From NCBI GenBank assembly GCA_034226945.1, contig CP120455.1, positions 186,001 through 250,000 on the forward strand: DNA of 64,000 nucleotides. The letters run 5' to 3'. Origin of the DNA: Picochlorum sp. SENEW3. Taxonomy: Eukaryota. The notes beneath the pieces were generated by a model. It was not told the DNA's origin. It worked only from the letters and a program-made list of their open reading frames with translations, and searched no databases. The translations under genes were made by a program, and so were the position numbers. Of the stretch, positions 1 to 12,713 are shown piece after piece. Each line of letters opens with the position of its first letter. Position 1 is the stretch's first letter.

Positions 1-117
1 TTCTTGAGAAGAACTTGTAGGGTACAATCAACACAAGGGCATGCTTGCGCATGCCATCCTGATAATCGAATTCTGAATTCTTAGCAAGCAAAAGTTAAAA
101 AGCGATAAATAATGTGA

Positions 118-1005
118 ATGAATGCGTCTGTGCGGCTAAAACAGCACTGCAGCAAGAAGCGGGTGTGCCTGTCTCAGGCAGGCAAGGGCCAATGGAGACA
201 GTACCACACTCGTCGGAATGCGTATGCAAATACCCGGAAACATCTATACCATCCTGACTTGGAGCGAGCGAAGTACATGGAGGATGTGTACCACATTCTT
301 GCTCGGAAGGCTCTTCTTGGGGCAAAAGAATTGACACAGGACTCTCGCGATGAGAACAGGCGGGTGAAATTAGAAAAAAAGCCTTATGGTCGATATATGG
401 TGGGGATTGTGGGGATGCCTGGATCAGGCAAGTCGACGCTGGCCAGAAATGTGGCTCAAATTATCAATAGCATTCAAGAGGATACGTGTGCTGTGGTGCT
501 TCCGATGGATGGATATCATTACACAAAGGCTGCTTTGGATGAATTTGATGATCCAGAAGAGGCGCATGCGAGGCGAGGGGCGCCGTGGACGTTTGATGCC
601 CAGGCCTTTGTGGACACGGTCGTGATGGTTGCGGATAGGTGTCATAGAGTGGACAACATATGGGCGCCGACGTTTGATCACCGGCATGGTGATCCTGTGG
701 ATAAGGGTGTATGTATTGCTCCATATCACTCTATCGTTTTAGTGGAAGGGAATTATCTGTTGCTGGAGCAGCCTCCATGGAATGCCTTGAGGGACGTGTT
801 TCATGAGACATGGTATATTGATTGTGATATGGAGGAATCATTGCGTCGAGTATTTCATCGACAGACACGGAATGGGGCGCCTGCCCGTGTGGCGAGGCAT
901 CGAATAGAAACGAATGATCGTTTGAATGCCATGGATATTTACGAGACGGCTGATGCTGCCAATGTCATGATTCCGTCGCTTCCATTTTCCACACGGCGCC
1001 GATGA
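118..1005 (+). CDS. P-loop kinase, uridine/pantothenate-kinase-like (YggC/Yfh7 family)
   Basis: Walker A GIVGMPGSGKST; MDGYH, RRGAPWTFDA and VEGNYLLL motifs; start uncertain. Confidence 0.85.
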   Translation: MNASVRLKQHCSKKRVCLSQAGKGQWRQYHTRRNAYANTRKHLYHPDLERAKYMEDVYHILARKALLGAKELTQDSRDENRRVKLEKKPYGRYMVGIVGMPGSGKSTLARNVAQIINSIQEDTCAVVLPMDGYHYTKAALDEFDDPEEAHARRGAPWTFDAQAFVDTVVMVADRCHRVDNIWAPTFDHRHGDPVDKGVCIAPYHSIVLVEGNYLLLEQPPWNALRDVFHETWYIDCDMEESLRRVFHRQTRNGAPARVARHRIETNDRLNAMDIYETADAANVMIPSLPFSTRRR

Positions 1006-1116
1006 TGATGATGAGAATTGCATTCTTCTTTTAAAATACAAAGAAACTCGTATCATGAAAACAAATGTATTCATTGCACTATTACTCTATGGAAATGTGA
1101 CAGCTTGTACATCATA

Positions 1117-2887
1117 TTATGAGAGTCTCCATACTGCCCACGCATGCCCCCTGTCTGCAATGTGACACTCCTCATCACGAGGGTGGAAATCACCTGGACC
1201 GAGTTTAACAACCAGCGCATCATCGATGCGCGCAGCATATACATCATTGGTGGCCTGAAGGATTGTCACGGTGGAGCGACAGTGAATACCCAACTCTTTC
1301 CTCAATGCAATCAATCGCTTGATGACATGGCTGAGATGTTCATCATGGAACATGTGATCATAAAACACGCATGGCGTTCCTGGATGAGTCAGTATATACG
1401 CATAACCTTGCTCTAAAGCATGATGCGGAAATCTCCAGTGACCCTGTGTCGACCCTGTATCGTGATTTTCCAGGAATGTGACTGCTCGGGATGGCCACCA
1501 CCCAACCAGCCCAGGAGGGTGTCCTTGTGCGTCAGACAGCCTCCAGTACTCGCATCGTTCAAATACCGCATGAAGAATACCTTTTGTTGTAATATCAAAT
1601 GCGGTTGACAGTCCTCCCGCCGCATTGATCCAATCCACAGTGCGCTGACGATGTGCATCTTGGTTGAGCTTGGGCGTTCCATCCCATTCATACTCGAGCG
1701 CATCCCAATACTCTCCCACAGAAAACAATGGTTTAGATACTTCGAGGTAATCTTTCACATGACTTCCATGAAAACCTTTGACGAAATCCAGTCTCCATCC
1801 ATCAAACCCGATATTGGTTCTCAACCACACCAACCATTCGCCAACATCATTCTTGACAAACTCTTGGGAATGATCAATATTCGGAGCTGCAGTAAACACA
1901 TCACCCGAACTGAAATTACCACGTCCATGGAAATTTGGATCATCTCGAACAATTGCCCGCGCATCCCAATCCATACGACCTCCAAACTGGTTCCACACTC
2001 CCTGCTCATTCTGTTCATGCGCACAGCGGTGGTTCAACACGGCATCCCCAAGCACCTTGACCCCTTTGGACTGGAACACGCGAATCAAATCGATCAAATC
2101 CTCTTGCGACCCATACTTGGACTCCAAATGATATAAATCTCGAGGCATGTATCCCTGAGGACTCACCGATTCCGTCGGAGGCGGTAACCAAATCATGGTG
2201 AACCCAGCATCCGCAATGGCCTCTGCCTGCTCCCCCAACGTCCCATACCACCCTCCCTCCTGTTTCCACGAATCCCAATGAAACCCTTGCAATAATATCT
2301 CCTCTCCACTCCCTTCTGCTTTCACATTATCCGCCCCAGAAATCTTTTGACGCTGCAAAGGCTTGATATTAAATCCGCGAATCTGCCGAATCACATCCTT
2401 CAGGTATGACGATGGCAACGCCGACAGTGTCGTCTCTGGATTCACCACCAACCTCCCCTCATAGTCCTCTCGACTCTCAATACACGCACCAACCCGTTGG
2501 AGATACCTCTCCAACTGATCAATTTCCTCCTCATCCTCGTGCAACTCACACCTCACAAACTCCAACACAGGCACCTCCTTGGGCAATGCTGCTGCTGCTT
2601 CCTCCTCCTCCTTCTTGTCCTCCTGCTCCAGGTCGTTGACAGACGTCTGCGACGCATGGATCCGACTACAGACACACACAATATATAATAAATATGAAAA
2701 TGAAGACCAGTCAGACAAATAAAGAGACTCCTCCACCCATGTTGACACATACTGTCTTATTGTTTTGTTCGCAAACAAATTGGATCCGTCCAAGCACGCA
2801 CCTGGGAACCCTCCGACCGACAACCCTCCCATCCTCCTGCCGGCGATTCACACCGACAATTCTCATATATTGTATCAACGATATCAT
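1117..2887 (-). CDS. Alpha-amylase (GH13, plant AMY3-like)
   Basis: LQGFHWDS, DAVLNHR, GWRLDFVKG, VGEYWD, FLENHDTGS; inferred phase-0 intron 2752-2647; start at 2887 or 2866. Confidence 0.92.
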
Positions 2888-3226
2888 AGCACTATATCGA
2901 TCTGTCGACACATGAAGATGCGTATACAACGAATTTAAAATCTCATGACAACCGTTCGTTCAATCATTCGTTCATGTATCCATCAAGGAGGTATAAACCC
3001 TTAAATTTCAATTATAATATAGCATCTATGCAAATAGGTGCAGGTATATGGGGCCATGCCACGCATGCCATGCATGGGAGAACAGAATGGACTCTCTCCC
3101 ATCAACAGGCATCTTTGATCGAATGATCTTGCAAGTGACCACCAGATTGTAACAGTCGAGATTGACATTCCATATTCCAGTACTAGTACTGCTGCTACAG
3201 CATTACAGTGCTATACTTGATTATAA

Positions 3227-4060
3227 ATGAATAGTCAAGGGTCAGGAGGACTGCGTGTGCATAGTCACCGTTTGCAGGACGCGGATATTGCCGAGGAAGA
3301 AATAAAGGACGAAGGCGTGTTGACAGATTCTTTTGGTTTTGTGGCTGATGAGTACAGTCGATTTCTTGTAGCAGCGAAACAAGATGAGAAGGAGGCTTGG
3401 AAGAGGATGCAAGAGACGGCGGCATTTCGAGAGCGGGAAAAGGTTGATGGTTTGTTGGAACAGCCACATCCACAGTTTTTTCTGTTAAAATCCGTGTACT
3501 CGCACGGGTTTCTCGGTGTTTCCAAGAGTGATACTGGGTCGTATGTGTTGCTGGATAAGATGGGCAAGTTTCATCAGACGATGAAGGATTTTCGAAAGCA
3601 TGGTATTACAGAAAAGGATGTGATGAGGCATTCCATGCTGACAATGGAATGGTTTTGCAAGGTTATTGATCCTCGGCGGTATCCTCATGGTCGATTTATT
3701 CGCGTGTATGATTTTGAGGGATTTAAAATGCAGCATGTGCGGGATGTTGGGGCGATCAAGATGGGGACGTCTATTGTGTCCATGATTGAAAAGCATTACC
3801 CAGAGAGGCTGGAAAAGGCGTATGTGATCAATGCGCCTCCAGTGTTGTTTCATTTGTGGAATATAGTGAAGAGGATGTTGGATAGGGAGACTGTGAAGAA
3901 ATTTTGTATAGTGAAAGGGAAGGAAGAGTCATGTGCTCTGATGCAAGGGTTGATGGAGGCGGACATGTTGCCTGTGGAATATGGAGGAACGCTAGAGCGT
4001 CTGGAGGAGTCTGCGTGTGAGAAGGCATTGTATGAGCACATCTCGGAAATGAATACATGA
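3227..4060 (+). CDS. CRAL-TRIO/Sec14 lipid-binding protein
   Basis: HYPERLEKAYVINAP...WNIVK and LPVEYGG motifs. Confidence 0.88.
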   Translation: MNSQGSGGLRVHSHRLQDADIAEEEIKDEGVLTDSFGFVADEYSRFLVAAKQDEKEAWKRMQETAAFREREKVDGLLEQPHPQFFLLKSVYSHGFLGVSKSDTGSYVLLDKMGKFHQTMKDFRKHGITEKDVMRHSMLTMEWFCKVIDPRRYPHGRFIRVYDFEGFKMQHVRDVGAIKMGTSIVSMIEKHYPERLEKAYVINAPPVLFHLWNIVKRMLDRETVKKFCIVKGKEESCALMQGLMEADMLPVEYGGTLERLEESACEKALYEHISEMNT

Positions 4061-4175
4061 ATGAATACTGGTTCTTTTTTTTTTATGTACAGTATTTAAT
4101 ACCATATAATAATAATGATGTCTATGTAATTATTAGAAAAAAAACTACTGTGTGTTATTTTGATATCCAGTGCCA

Positions 4176-5865
4176 TTATGCATTGACACTGTCTTCATAC
4201 GCCCTCCATCCTTCATCTCTGTATTCCTTTGCTGCCTTGGCAGGGTCAGCAGCCTTGTAGATACCTCTGCCAACAATGATGATGTCACTGCCTCGTTCAC
4301 CGATAACAGATGCTGGGGTGTTGTATTGCTGACCGAGGTCATCTCCTCCTGCCGCAAGCTGCACTCCTGGAGTCATATGGATGAGTCCAGTGGGACCGGG
4401 GCCACATGACCACGAGGATGGGGAGACAGAGATGAATCCCATGACAAAGTCTTGGTTCTCCTCTGCTGCCTTGACAACAGACTCTGTGTATGCTCCCTTG
4501 GCAAGAGTGCCCTTGGAGGACATTTCCGCGAGGAGCAACAATCCCCTTCCTTTTGGTTCACCCACTTTTTTCAAACCGTCAATAATTCCAGGTCCAGGGA
4601 CCAAGTGAGCGTTGGTTATATGGGACCAGTCTGCAATTTTATAGATGCCTCCACCATACTGCATCACCACGGTGTTGCCAATATCCGCAAATTTTCTATC
4701 CTCGAATATCAAAAAGTCTGCATCAATACGATACGTGTTATATATATATAATATTACTATGTAGGAAAGATCCATAGACACTGTGCAGTGCTCTTAATGG
4801 AAGAATGAATTGGCATGTACAACAGGACACATACTGTGCTTTTCTGCCAGCTGGTTTAATTCTTTGGCATGCTCCTCAGTCCACGAATCAAACACATCCA
4901 CATGAGTCTTGAGAACAGCAATATACGGACCAACTTTATCTGCGAGCTGCAACATCTCCTCTGCCGATCCAACATCTGCAGCAACAGACAAGTTTGTCTT
5001 CTTCTTTGCCATGAGTTCAAACAGCTGACGACCCATGGGGTTCTTTGCAAGAGGCGCTCGGTCTTCATACGACATTCTCTGACCCTTCTTCTTCTCCTCC
5101 ACTACTGGTGCTTTGGATGATGCTCCATGCGTCTGATTTGCGGCTATGAATGCCTTGACCTTGCCAGCCACCTCTTCCGTCACCAGGCTATGCTTGACCA
5201 ATGTATCCAATATATATGACAGCGTGAATGCAGAATGAAGCTTCAAATTATCAGAGGCCAAGCGAGACTCCCCACCTTGCTCTCTATCAATCAAAACAAC
5301 CACATCCGTCACCTTGAGCCCCACATCTTCCAAAGGCTGGACAGTCTCCATCACAGAGGCCCCACTCGTCACCAAATCCTCCACAATCAAACACGTCTGA
5401 CCCTTCTCAAACGCCCCTTCTATCGCCTTCTTCGTCCCATAATCCTTCACTTCCTTTCTTCGCATCAACATCGGAGTACCATGATTCAACGACATGCACG
5501 TCGCAATCGGCAATGCCGTGTATGGCACTCCACACATGACGTCAAACGTGGTCCCAGCCAACTTTGCCCACATCGCCTCACTCACTCGCAGCATAATCTC
5601 CGGATAGGATACAATAACTCTAAGATCAATGTAGACTGGGGAGATCAACCCACTCTTGAGCTTAAATTCACCAAATTTGACAGCCTCAATCTCATGCAAC
5701 TTCAACACCAGTTCCTCGTAATCCTTATTGGCCATCTCATCCACCTATAGTAATTAAATTTACATGTAATTATGGTTTCATCAATGCATGCAGCATGTTT
5801 TTTTGTGCAAGAATTCAGAATTCAGGCATTGTGGAATGCATTCAACAACCCACCTTTGGAGCCAT
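4176..5865 (-). CDS. UMPS: UMP synthase (OPRT + OMP decarboxylase), 3 exons
   Basis: [14 protein letters not shown] motif, [20 protein letters not shown]; exon 1 5865-5854 (MAPK); introns 5853-5745 and 4834-4718 join the two ORFs in frame. Confidence 0.95.
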
Positions 5866-6248
5866 AGCAGCGATCGTAGTACCTCTGTGTTTATAGATGT
5901 ATTTTTGTATGGATGGAGAGTTGAACTGAACCCTCGGTGCTCGTAAATATACGTTCAAGGCCGACTGTCCAACACAGACTCGACTCGTTCGATTTTGGCA
6001 ATACGTCCCAATAAACCCTTTTGTTATATTGGAATGAACGCAATTCATATCATTCGAGAATCGTTTGATTTTATTGTGGTACAAACAGAATGGGGCATGA
6101 GAGCATCACCAAAGGGTGGCTGAGATTTTTGAATGTGTTTAATTTAGAATTGCGATGTTTGATGGACAGCAAATTCCATGCCATGCTTGTGCAATGACGT
6201 AACTGTTTTTAAAATTACTATGTGTTTTAGATTGGCGCTGTGGATGGG

Positions 6249-8622
6249 ATGAAGGTGCTGGCATTAGTCAGGTGGGTGGGCCTTGCATGTCGATACAACA
6301 TGCCATAGTACTCTTTCTGCAGTATTTTCTTATAATATGATTCCACATTCTTTGTCCTGCTTTGGGATCTGATTCCTTCTTACACATGATCACTAATAGT
6401 AGTAATGAAAAAGTAGTCGGTTTTCCTAAAAATAAGGATTATTAGTATGGTGTTGTTGCAGTGGTGGCAAGGACTCTTGCTATAACGCTCTCTTGTGTGA
6501 GCGACATGGTCATACGGTGGTTGCCTTGGGGAATCTGTACCCAGATGATCCTGATGTGGAGGAGCTAGACAGCTACATGTATCAAACTGTAGGGCACACG
6601 CTGATCAAGGCGTACTCGGAATGCACAGGTCTGCCTTTGTTTCGAAAGCGGATTGTTGGTACGAGTGTGGAGCAGGGTTTGGTGTACTCTGGGTCGCGGG
6701 GTGATGAGGTGGAGGACCTGGCGCTGCTGTTAATGTATGCAAAGGAGCAGATGCCAGAGATTACTGCCGTGTCGTCTGGGGCGATTGCATCTGATTATCA
6801 GAGGAGTCGGGTTGAGCATGTGTGTGCTCGGTTGGGGCTTGTCTCGTTGGCATATTTATGGCATCAGCCGCAGTCGTTGCTTTTGAAGCGCATGATTGAG
6901 TCTCATATTGATGCGAGGTTGGTGAAAGTGGCAGCAGCGGGGTTGTATCCATCAAAACATTTGGGAGCATCATTGGCTGATGTTTCTGGGCATTTGCATC
7001 ATTTGAGGGATTTTTATGGTATTCATGTGTGTGGTGAGGGTGGAGAATATGAAACGCTGACTCTTGATTGTCCCTTGTTTCGTTGTGGAAGGATTGTGCT
7101 GGATGAAAGTGAGATTGTTGTGGCTGTGGAGGATTCCATGGCTCCTGTGGCGTGGCTCAAGCCCATCTCATTTCATATAGAGTGGAAAGATGGAGAACAG
7201 GAAGGGGTCAGTGAGATTTTTGAAGTTCCAAAAGAATACTCTGGTGAATATATTCAGCAGACATTGGATGATGGAGGCCCTGTGGCAGGTGTACGTGTAG
7301 AGGTTGAAGGTGGTGGTGAGCACCATGATGGTGCATATGGCTCATGCCATGGGTATTGTGTGAAAACATCGCCCGATCTCAGATTTGAAGAGGATCAGAT
7401 TTGCCAAGCGTTTGCACAGCTTTTGTCGACTATGAAAGAGAAGATTGAACGGATGGGCTTCACCCTGGACCACGGTGTATTCTGCACCCTGTTTGTGTCA
7501 GACATGGCATACTTTGGTCGTCTGAATGAGGTCTATGCACACTTTTTTCCATCGGTCAATCCTCCATCACGAGCGACGCTGGAATTGTCTGGAGATTCGT
7601 CAATACTGATCGCGGTACATGTGTTGTGTACCAACCCACGATATCTACATGCAGTGGAGAGGCGAGTGCTACATGTGCAGAGCATGTCAGAGTGGGCTCC
7701 GAGCTGTATTGGACCGTATAGTCAAGCGACCTCATATAATGGATTGGTTCGGTTTGCAGGACAGATAGCGTTGGATCCTCCGACATTAACATTGGTCAAG
7801 GGTGGGATTGAGGAAGAGGTGGCTCGAGTGTCAAAAACATGCAGCCTTGTTGGTGCCGCCATGAAGTTGGAATTCCAGTCGACGATGCTATGGTCTATTT
7901 TATATATCTCAAAAGATGTAGTGATCGATGAGAGGAGCATTGGCACACTTGAAGAGCTATTTTGCAGCCATGATGCAGATGAGGGGTCTGACGAGCACGT
8001 AGAAGAGTATTTGTCTGCCACCCATCCAGTGGTGCCTTGCGGTGTGGATTTGCCAATGCTACCATTCGTTATGGTTTTGCAATGTCCACGCTTGCCACGA
8101 GGAGCGATGATTGAACTCCAATCAATCAACGTGGGAGCTGATATTTTGACGTACAAGGCTGAGAGTGACAGCAGTGATGATGAGGACCATGGTGGGGATA
8201 CGAGCAACTGGTATGCTGGACTGGAATATGCCACTTTTGATGAACCAGATTGTTTAGAAGTCCATGCAATGTATTGTACGCAACATATACTGAAAATGAA
8301 TATGGTTCATAGTAGCGGTGGAGGCACGATGTCAAACCCGGTAGGTTTGGAAGAGACTCTGGAAAGTATTCCTCAAGTCATGGACAGTTGCCTTTCAATG
8401 GCACGGCTGTCGGTAAAGAATGTCGCACAAGTAAATTGCTACATTAACACATCTTTGAGTGGACATGATGGATTTGAGATGCTCAAGGATAGAGTCAACC
8501 AGATATTAAAGGACATGGGCTGTGTGCAGGCATTTACTATTCCAACATCAGGTGTTTGGGTTGCTTCCCATCTTACCAGGGACAGTAGCATTTTCGGCAT
8601 CGAGGTTTTTGCACAGAAATAA
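6249..8622 (+). CDS. DPH6: Diphthine-ammonia ligase with C-terminal RidA/YjgF-like domains
   Basis: Splicing 6272-6461 yields MKVLALVSGGKDS; ELDSYMYQTVGH, GAIASDYQR, CGEGGEYETL, WAPSCIGPYSQA. Confidence 0.93.
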
Positions 8623-8688
8623 AATACATTCAAATCATTATAATACACGAATAAATAGAGAATTGCGAATCGATCTTTTACGATAAAC

Positions 8689-10485
8689 TTATGTGGAGCA
8701 TGTCCAGAAAGAAACTGTGCCGTGTCTATCTGCTGTCACAAAAGGCTCTGCAGATACAGGGAGCCACGCTGACGCTACAACGGAGTGCTCATGACCCTTT
8801 AAAATCTTTGTAGGTTTTGTCATTTCTGATGATGCAACACTCCATATGAAAACACTGCCATCCTTTGATCCAGCAGAAATATATCCTCCAGATGGAGATA
8901 TGCCAGGCTGTCCAATGGAGTCTACATGCAGATTGGGGTGACCAAACCGTCCAAGAGATTTGAACGTCCTCGTATCAATTAGAGAGATGTAATTATCCTT
9001 ACCTACTGAGCATGTCATGTTTGATGTCGTCAGCGAGTGCATTCCACATATTTCCTTGGATGGATGGGCATCTACCACACGAGCAGGTGACACACTCTTC
9101 TCTCGGACATCCCAGAACCTCAGCCGTCCATCAAAATGGCATGTCACTATGAGTCCAGCGTCTGAGAGTACATTTATTCGTTTTGCAGTAGAAGTGAATG
9201 GTATCGTTCTGCTACAAAGCCCACGATCAAGCTTCCAAACTTTGATGCTCCTGTCTGTTGCACAAGAAGCAGCCTGCTTCGCATCACTTGGATAGGTCGA
9301 GACACCTGTAACTTTGCCCAAATGACCTGTGAGAGACATATTTATCATTCGAAATGATTTGGCGTCCCACAATCGCACGGCTTGGTGGTCTTCTGCTCCC
9401 AAAATAAGCCGAGAGTCAGATGTGACAGCAACATCATTCACTGTGGCATGAGATCCTCGTAAACAGGCGGTTTCCTTCAACGACACCGGATCCCAAAGGC
9501 GCACAACTTTATCCAATCCGCATGTTGCAAGTATCATTCCTAGGTCGCTTGCAATTGCAGTACATCCCCCAGGATGGACCTTTTCAAATCGTGCCTTGAC
9601 ACGCACTGGCACAATATTGCCTTCATCTTCCCCTGCCTCTAGTGCGATACCCTCGTCTGTTTTCCTCGCACTCTGTTTACTCTTCTGTTTTGCTTCTGCA
9701 ATAATCTCAGATGCTTGCACTTTCGCGTCCGCGATCTGCATCAAAAAAGTCACAAGAAGAATGCATACATCCTGTTTCATCTATACACTTCTGTAAAGAC
9801 AAGACAAGGAAAAAAAAGCACGTACAATCTTTTCCCGCAAAACATTCATTTCATTCATCTTTTGTGCTTCCTGATCCTTCAAGTGTACAATCCGAGCAAT
9901 CAGGTCATTATTCTCTACTGTCAATGCTTCCACTTTCTTCAAGGCATCCTCATCACTCTGAATTCTCCTCGCCATCTCCTCCCCAGACGCACTATTGGCC
10001 TCCTGCAACGTCTTTAACTCCTTTCTCAAACCATCTATAGTCTCTTGTAGATCATCGCGTTTCGACACAACCGTCTGAATTTCATCAATTTGCCGTGAAC
10101 ATGTGTCCCTAACAATATCCAACTGCTCAGCAAGAGCATCCTTCTCGCTCACAACCTTTTCTTTCTCTTGATACAAGCGAAGCGTTTCCTCTTTCAACTT
10201 CTGCACATCAGCCTGAACGGCCTCCTGCGCAGCCTGTGTCGCCAATTGCCTCCGAGCATCTTGCAAACTTAACGTCAGTGTCTCGTTCTCTGACTGAAAC
10301 TCGGCCTGAATCTTCTCCAACTGCCGACATTGAATATCGAGCTCTCGAACCTTACATAAAAGTTTATAATGCTCCTGAATCACACTATGAAAGACAAGAG
10401 ACGCATCACGCCGGCGCTGTAATGTGTGTCGAATCTCTTCAGCACGGGGATTTGTTTGCCCTCCCCCTGTTCCACCAATCTCCAT
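8689..10485 (-). CDS. ATG16: Autophagy protein 16 (coiled coil + WD40)
   Basis: Coiled coil ending ENNDLIARIVHLKDQEAQKMNEMN joined by intron 9825-9736 to WD40 repeats. Confidence 0.8.
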
Positions 10486-10817
10486 CGAATTCGCTGCGAA
10501 CCAAGTTCTTCTTGAGATGTAAGTACATATAAAAGTTTTACTTAATGGATACAGACGTCGAATTAGGGGCATACGAGTGAAATACAATTCAAACGATGCA
10601 CATGTTTTCTGGGTACCCATCATCCGGATGATTGATCGCCCACTCACCTTGGGTATGCCTGGATGCTCTTCTGACACCGATACTGCCTTTGCACCGTATT
10701 TTAATATGTAAATACATACCATGAAATAGATTTGGATTGTTACTTTGGTAATGCTCTTTGGAACATGCCTGTTTCATTTTGAATACAAGACACCGCATGT
10801 GAGCAACATTGAATAGA

Positions 10818-11849
10818 ATGAGCTCTCGCCTTGATCATAATGATGGGGATACAATTCCATGGTGGCACTTTGACGTGAAATTTCCTGATACAAATGGGAG
10901 ATACACCAATGCTGATTGGGAGAGGCATCGATCATGGTTCAGATATTGGCTGGAGCCTCGAATATTTGTACTCGTTGTTCTCAACATGCTCCCATTTCTT
11001 ACATGGGTCACCGTGGTAACAGTAGCGCTGACGCTGTATTACGAATTAGGGCAGCTTCAGCATGAAAACTGGCTGGTTGTGGTGAGTCGTGATTATAACC
11101 AACCATTCATTCTCACATCCTTTGCTCTGGCCTTGTTGCTGGTGTTTCGAACAAACAGTGCGTATGAACGATGGTGGAGTGCTCGGAAGCATTTTGGGCA
11201 AATGTACAACGACTGTAGATCAATAGCTCGTTTTACGATGAACTGGATTGCTCCAAACAACCCAGTGATTGCTGCAGTAATCATGAGATTGACAAGCATG
11301 CTTGGTCCAGCATCCTGCTCCTATTTGCAGGGAGATGTCAGCACGACAAGCATATTCAACCAGCTTGTGGTACATTCAACCATCACACCGGAAGAATACA
11401 ACTTGATAGCATCGAGCGAACAACCACCGATCACAATCATGCTCCTGATCTCTGACCTGCTGCAAAAGGCTGGAGATGAGTTGAGAGTCTTTGAGAGGAT
11501 CACCATCGAGGAGCGACTTGTATCATATCAAATTGAGCTGGGATGTCTCGAGAGAATAAAAAATCAGCCGATATATATACCATACACAAGGCAAACGAGT
11601 AGATTCTTGCTTCTCTACATGACATTTCTCCCATTCAGCCTCGTAGCCTATTGTTCCTGGGCATCCATTGCTGTCGTTCCATGCCTGGCATTTCTCCTGG
11701 TAGGCATTGAAAATATCGGCATTCATGCAGAAAATCCAATGGAAACACTTCCTATAGCAGCCCTTGCAGCGTCATCAAAGTCCACAGTTGATATCATTTG
11801 GAGAACGGGAGAATCTAAACCGTACAGAGATTTCATAGCCTCCTTATAA
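10818..11849 (+). CDS. Bestrophin-like anion channel (UPF0187/VCCN-BST type)
   Basis: LLLVFRTNSAYERWWSAR, YTRQTSRFL, GIENIGIHAENP; several TM segments. Confidence 0.88.
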   Translation: MSSRLDHNDGDTIPWWHFDVKFPDTNGRYTNADWERHRSWFRYWLEPRIFVLVVLNMLPFLTWVTVVTVALTLYYELGQLQHENWLVVVSRDYNQPFILTSFALALLLVFRTNSAYERWWSARKHFGQMYNDCRSIARFTMNWIAPNNPVIAAVIMRLTSMLGPASCSYLQGDVSTTSIFNQLVVHSTITPEEYNLIASSEQPPITIMLLISDLLQKAGDELRVFERITIEERLVSYQIELGCLERIKNQPIYIPYTRQTSRFLLLYMTFLPFSLVAYCSWASIAVVPCLAFLLVGIENIGIHAENPMETLPIAALAASSKSTVDIIWRTGESKPYRDFIASL

Positions 11850-11924
11850 ATCTATGTATACACAATTAAAAAAATCTACCAGCGAGCTGTAGGAAGCGTA
11901 CGGCGGTGGTCGTCCATGGATGGA

Positions 11925-12308
11925 TTAGTATCCATCATCTTGCAATGGTACTGGTATGCTGTCCATAAAACACCTGGATCTATCCTTCAGTTTCCCAGTA
12001 CGCAGATCAAAGTACACCCCTTCCTTTTCCAACGCAGTAATCTTCTTTTGAACTTTAACAGGAATCACATGCGACTCCGTACATTGACTGCCCTGAAACC
12101 CCCCTATACTGCCGTCATTGGCAATCACTCTATGGCAAGGAATATCCGGCGCAAATGGATTCCTCCTTAGTGCCTGACCAACCGCCCTCGACAGAGAAAC
12201 ACTCCCTAATGCTTCCGCCACCACCTTGTACGACGAAACCCTACCTGGACCAATCTTCCGAACCACACCATACACTCTCTGCTGAAATGGAGTGACACTG
12301 TTGCCCAT
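11925..12308 (-). CDS. MGMT: O6-methylguanine-DNA methyltransferase (C-terminal domain only)
   Basis: RAVGQAL helix and IPCHRVI active site; in-frame upstream AUGs at 12410 and 12485. Confidence 0.9.
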   Translation of the reverse strand: MGNSVTPFQQRVYGVVRKIGPGRVSSYKVVAEALGSVSLSRAVGQALRRNPFAPDIPCHRVIANDGSIGGFQGSQCTESHVIPVKVQKKITALEKEGVYFDLRTGKLKDRSRCFMDSIPVPLQDDGY

Positions 12309-12321
12309 AGTATTGCCAGTC

Positions 12322-12525
12322 TTACTCTGAGGATTTCTTCTTCTTGTTCTCCTTTTCTTGCTTCCTAAACTCTTCAAGGATCTCTCTCTCGAATTCTTTT
12401 TCAATGTCATCGCTGCTCGTTCGTCGAATAACGCTGAAATAACTCCCACCGACAAATGTGACCAACAGTCCAGCAACGAGGACATTCAAACCTCGACCAC
12501 GCCGACGGACTGATGACGTATTCAT
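12322..12525 (-). CDS. Small single-TM protein, COA3/CCDC56-like cytochrome c oxidase assembly factor
   Basis: 67 aa: basic N-terminus, NVLVAGLLVTFVGGSYF TM, then acidic coiled coil, as in the COA3 pattern. Confidence 0.65.
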   Translation of the reverse strand: MNTSSVRRRGRGLNVLVAGLLVTFVGGSYFSVIRRTSSDDIEKEFEREILEEFRKQEKENKKKKSSE

Positions 12526-12713
12526 CCCACTCTATCGTTCTAATTAAAAAATCAGAGTACTGAGTCGATGCGATCCATAGAAATCGAATAATCTGCTCAC
12601 AGTCTCCATGAAACTCTTTAAACTCTTTATATACGGAGTATGGACCACATTCTCTCATCATATGACCGTGTACAGGTCCAGCAATCTGGATAGAAAACTA
12701 TATACATGTACCA

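Noticed and set aside
1000..1014. Four consecutive TGA stops
   Set aside because: A simple GAT microsatellite
4718..4834. UMPS, ATG16 and KAS each split into two ORFs (frameshift or pseudogene?)
   Set aside because: Canonical GT-AG introns restore the reading frame
6249..8622. DPH6-RidA fusion as a novelty
   Set aside because: Known architecture in fungi and plants
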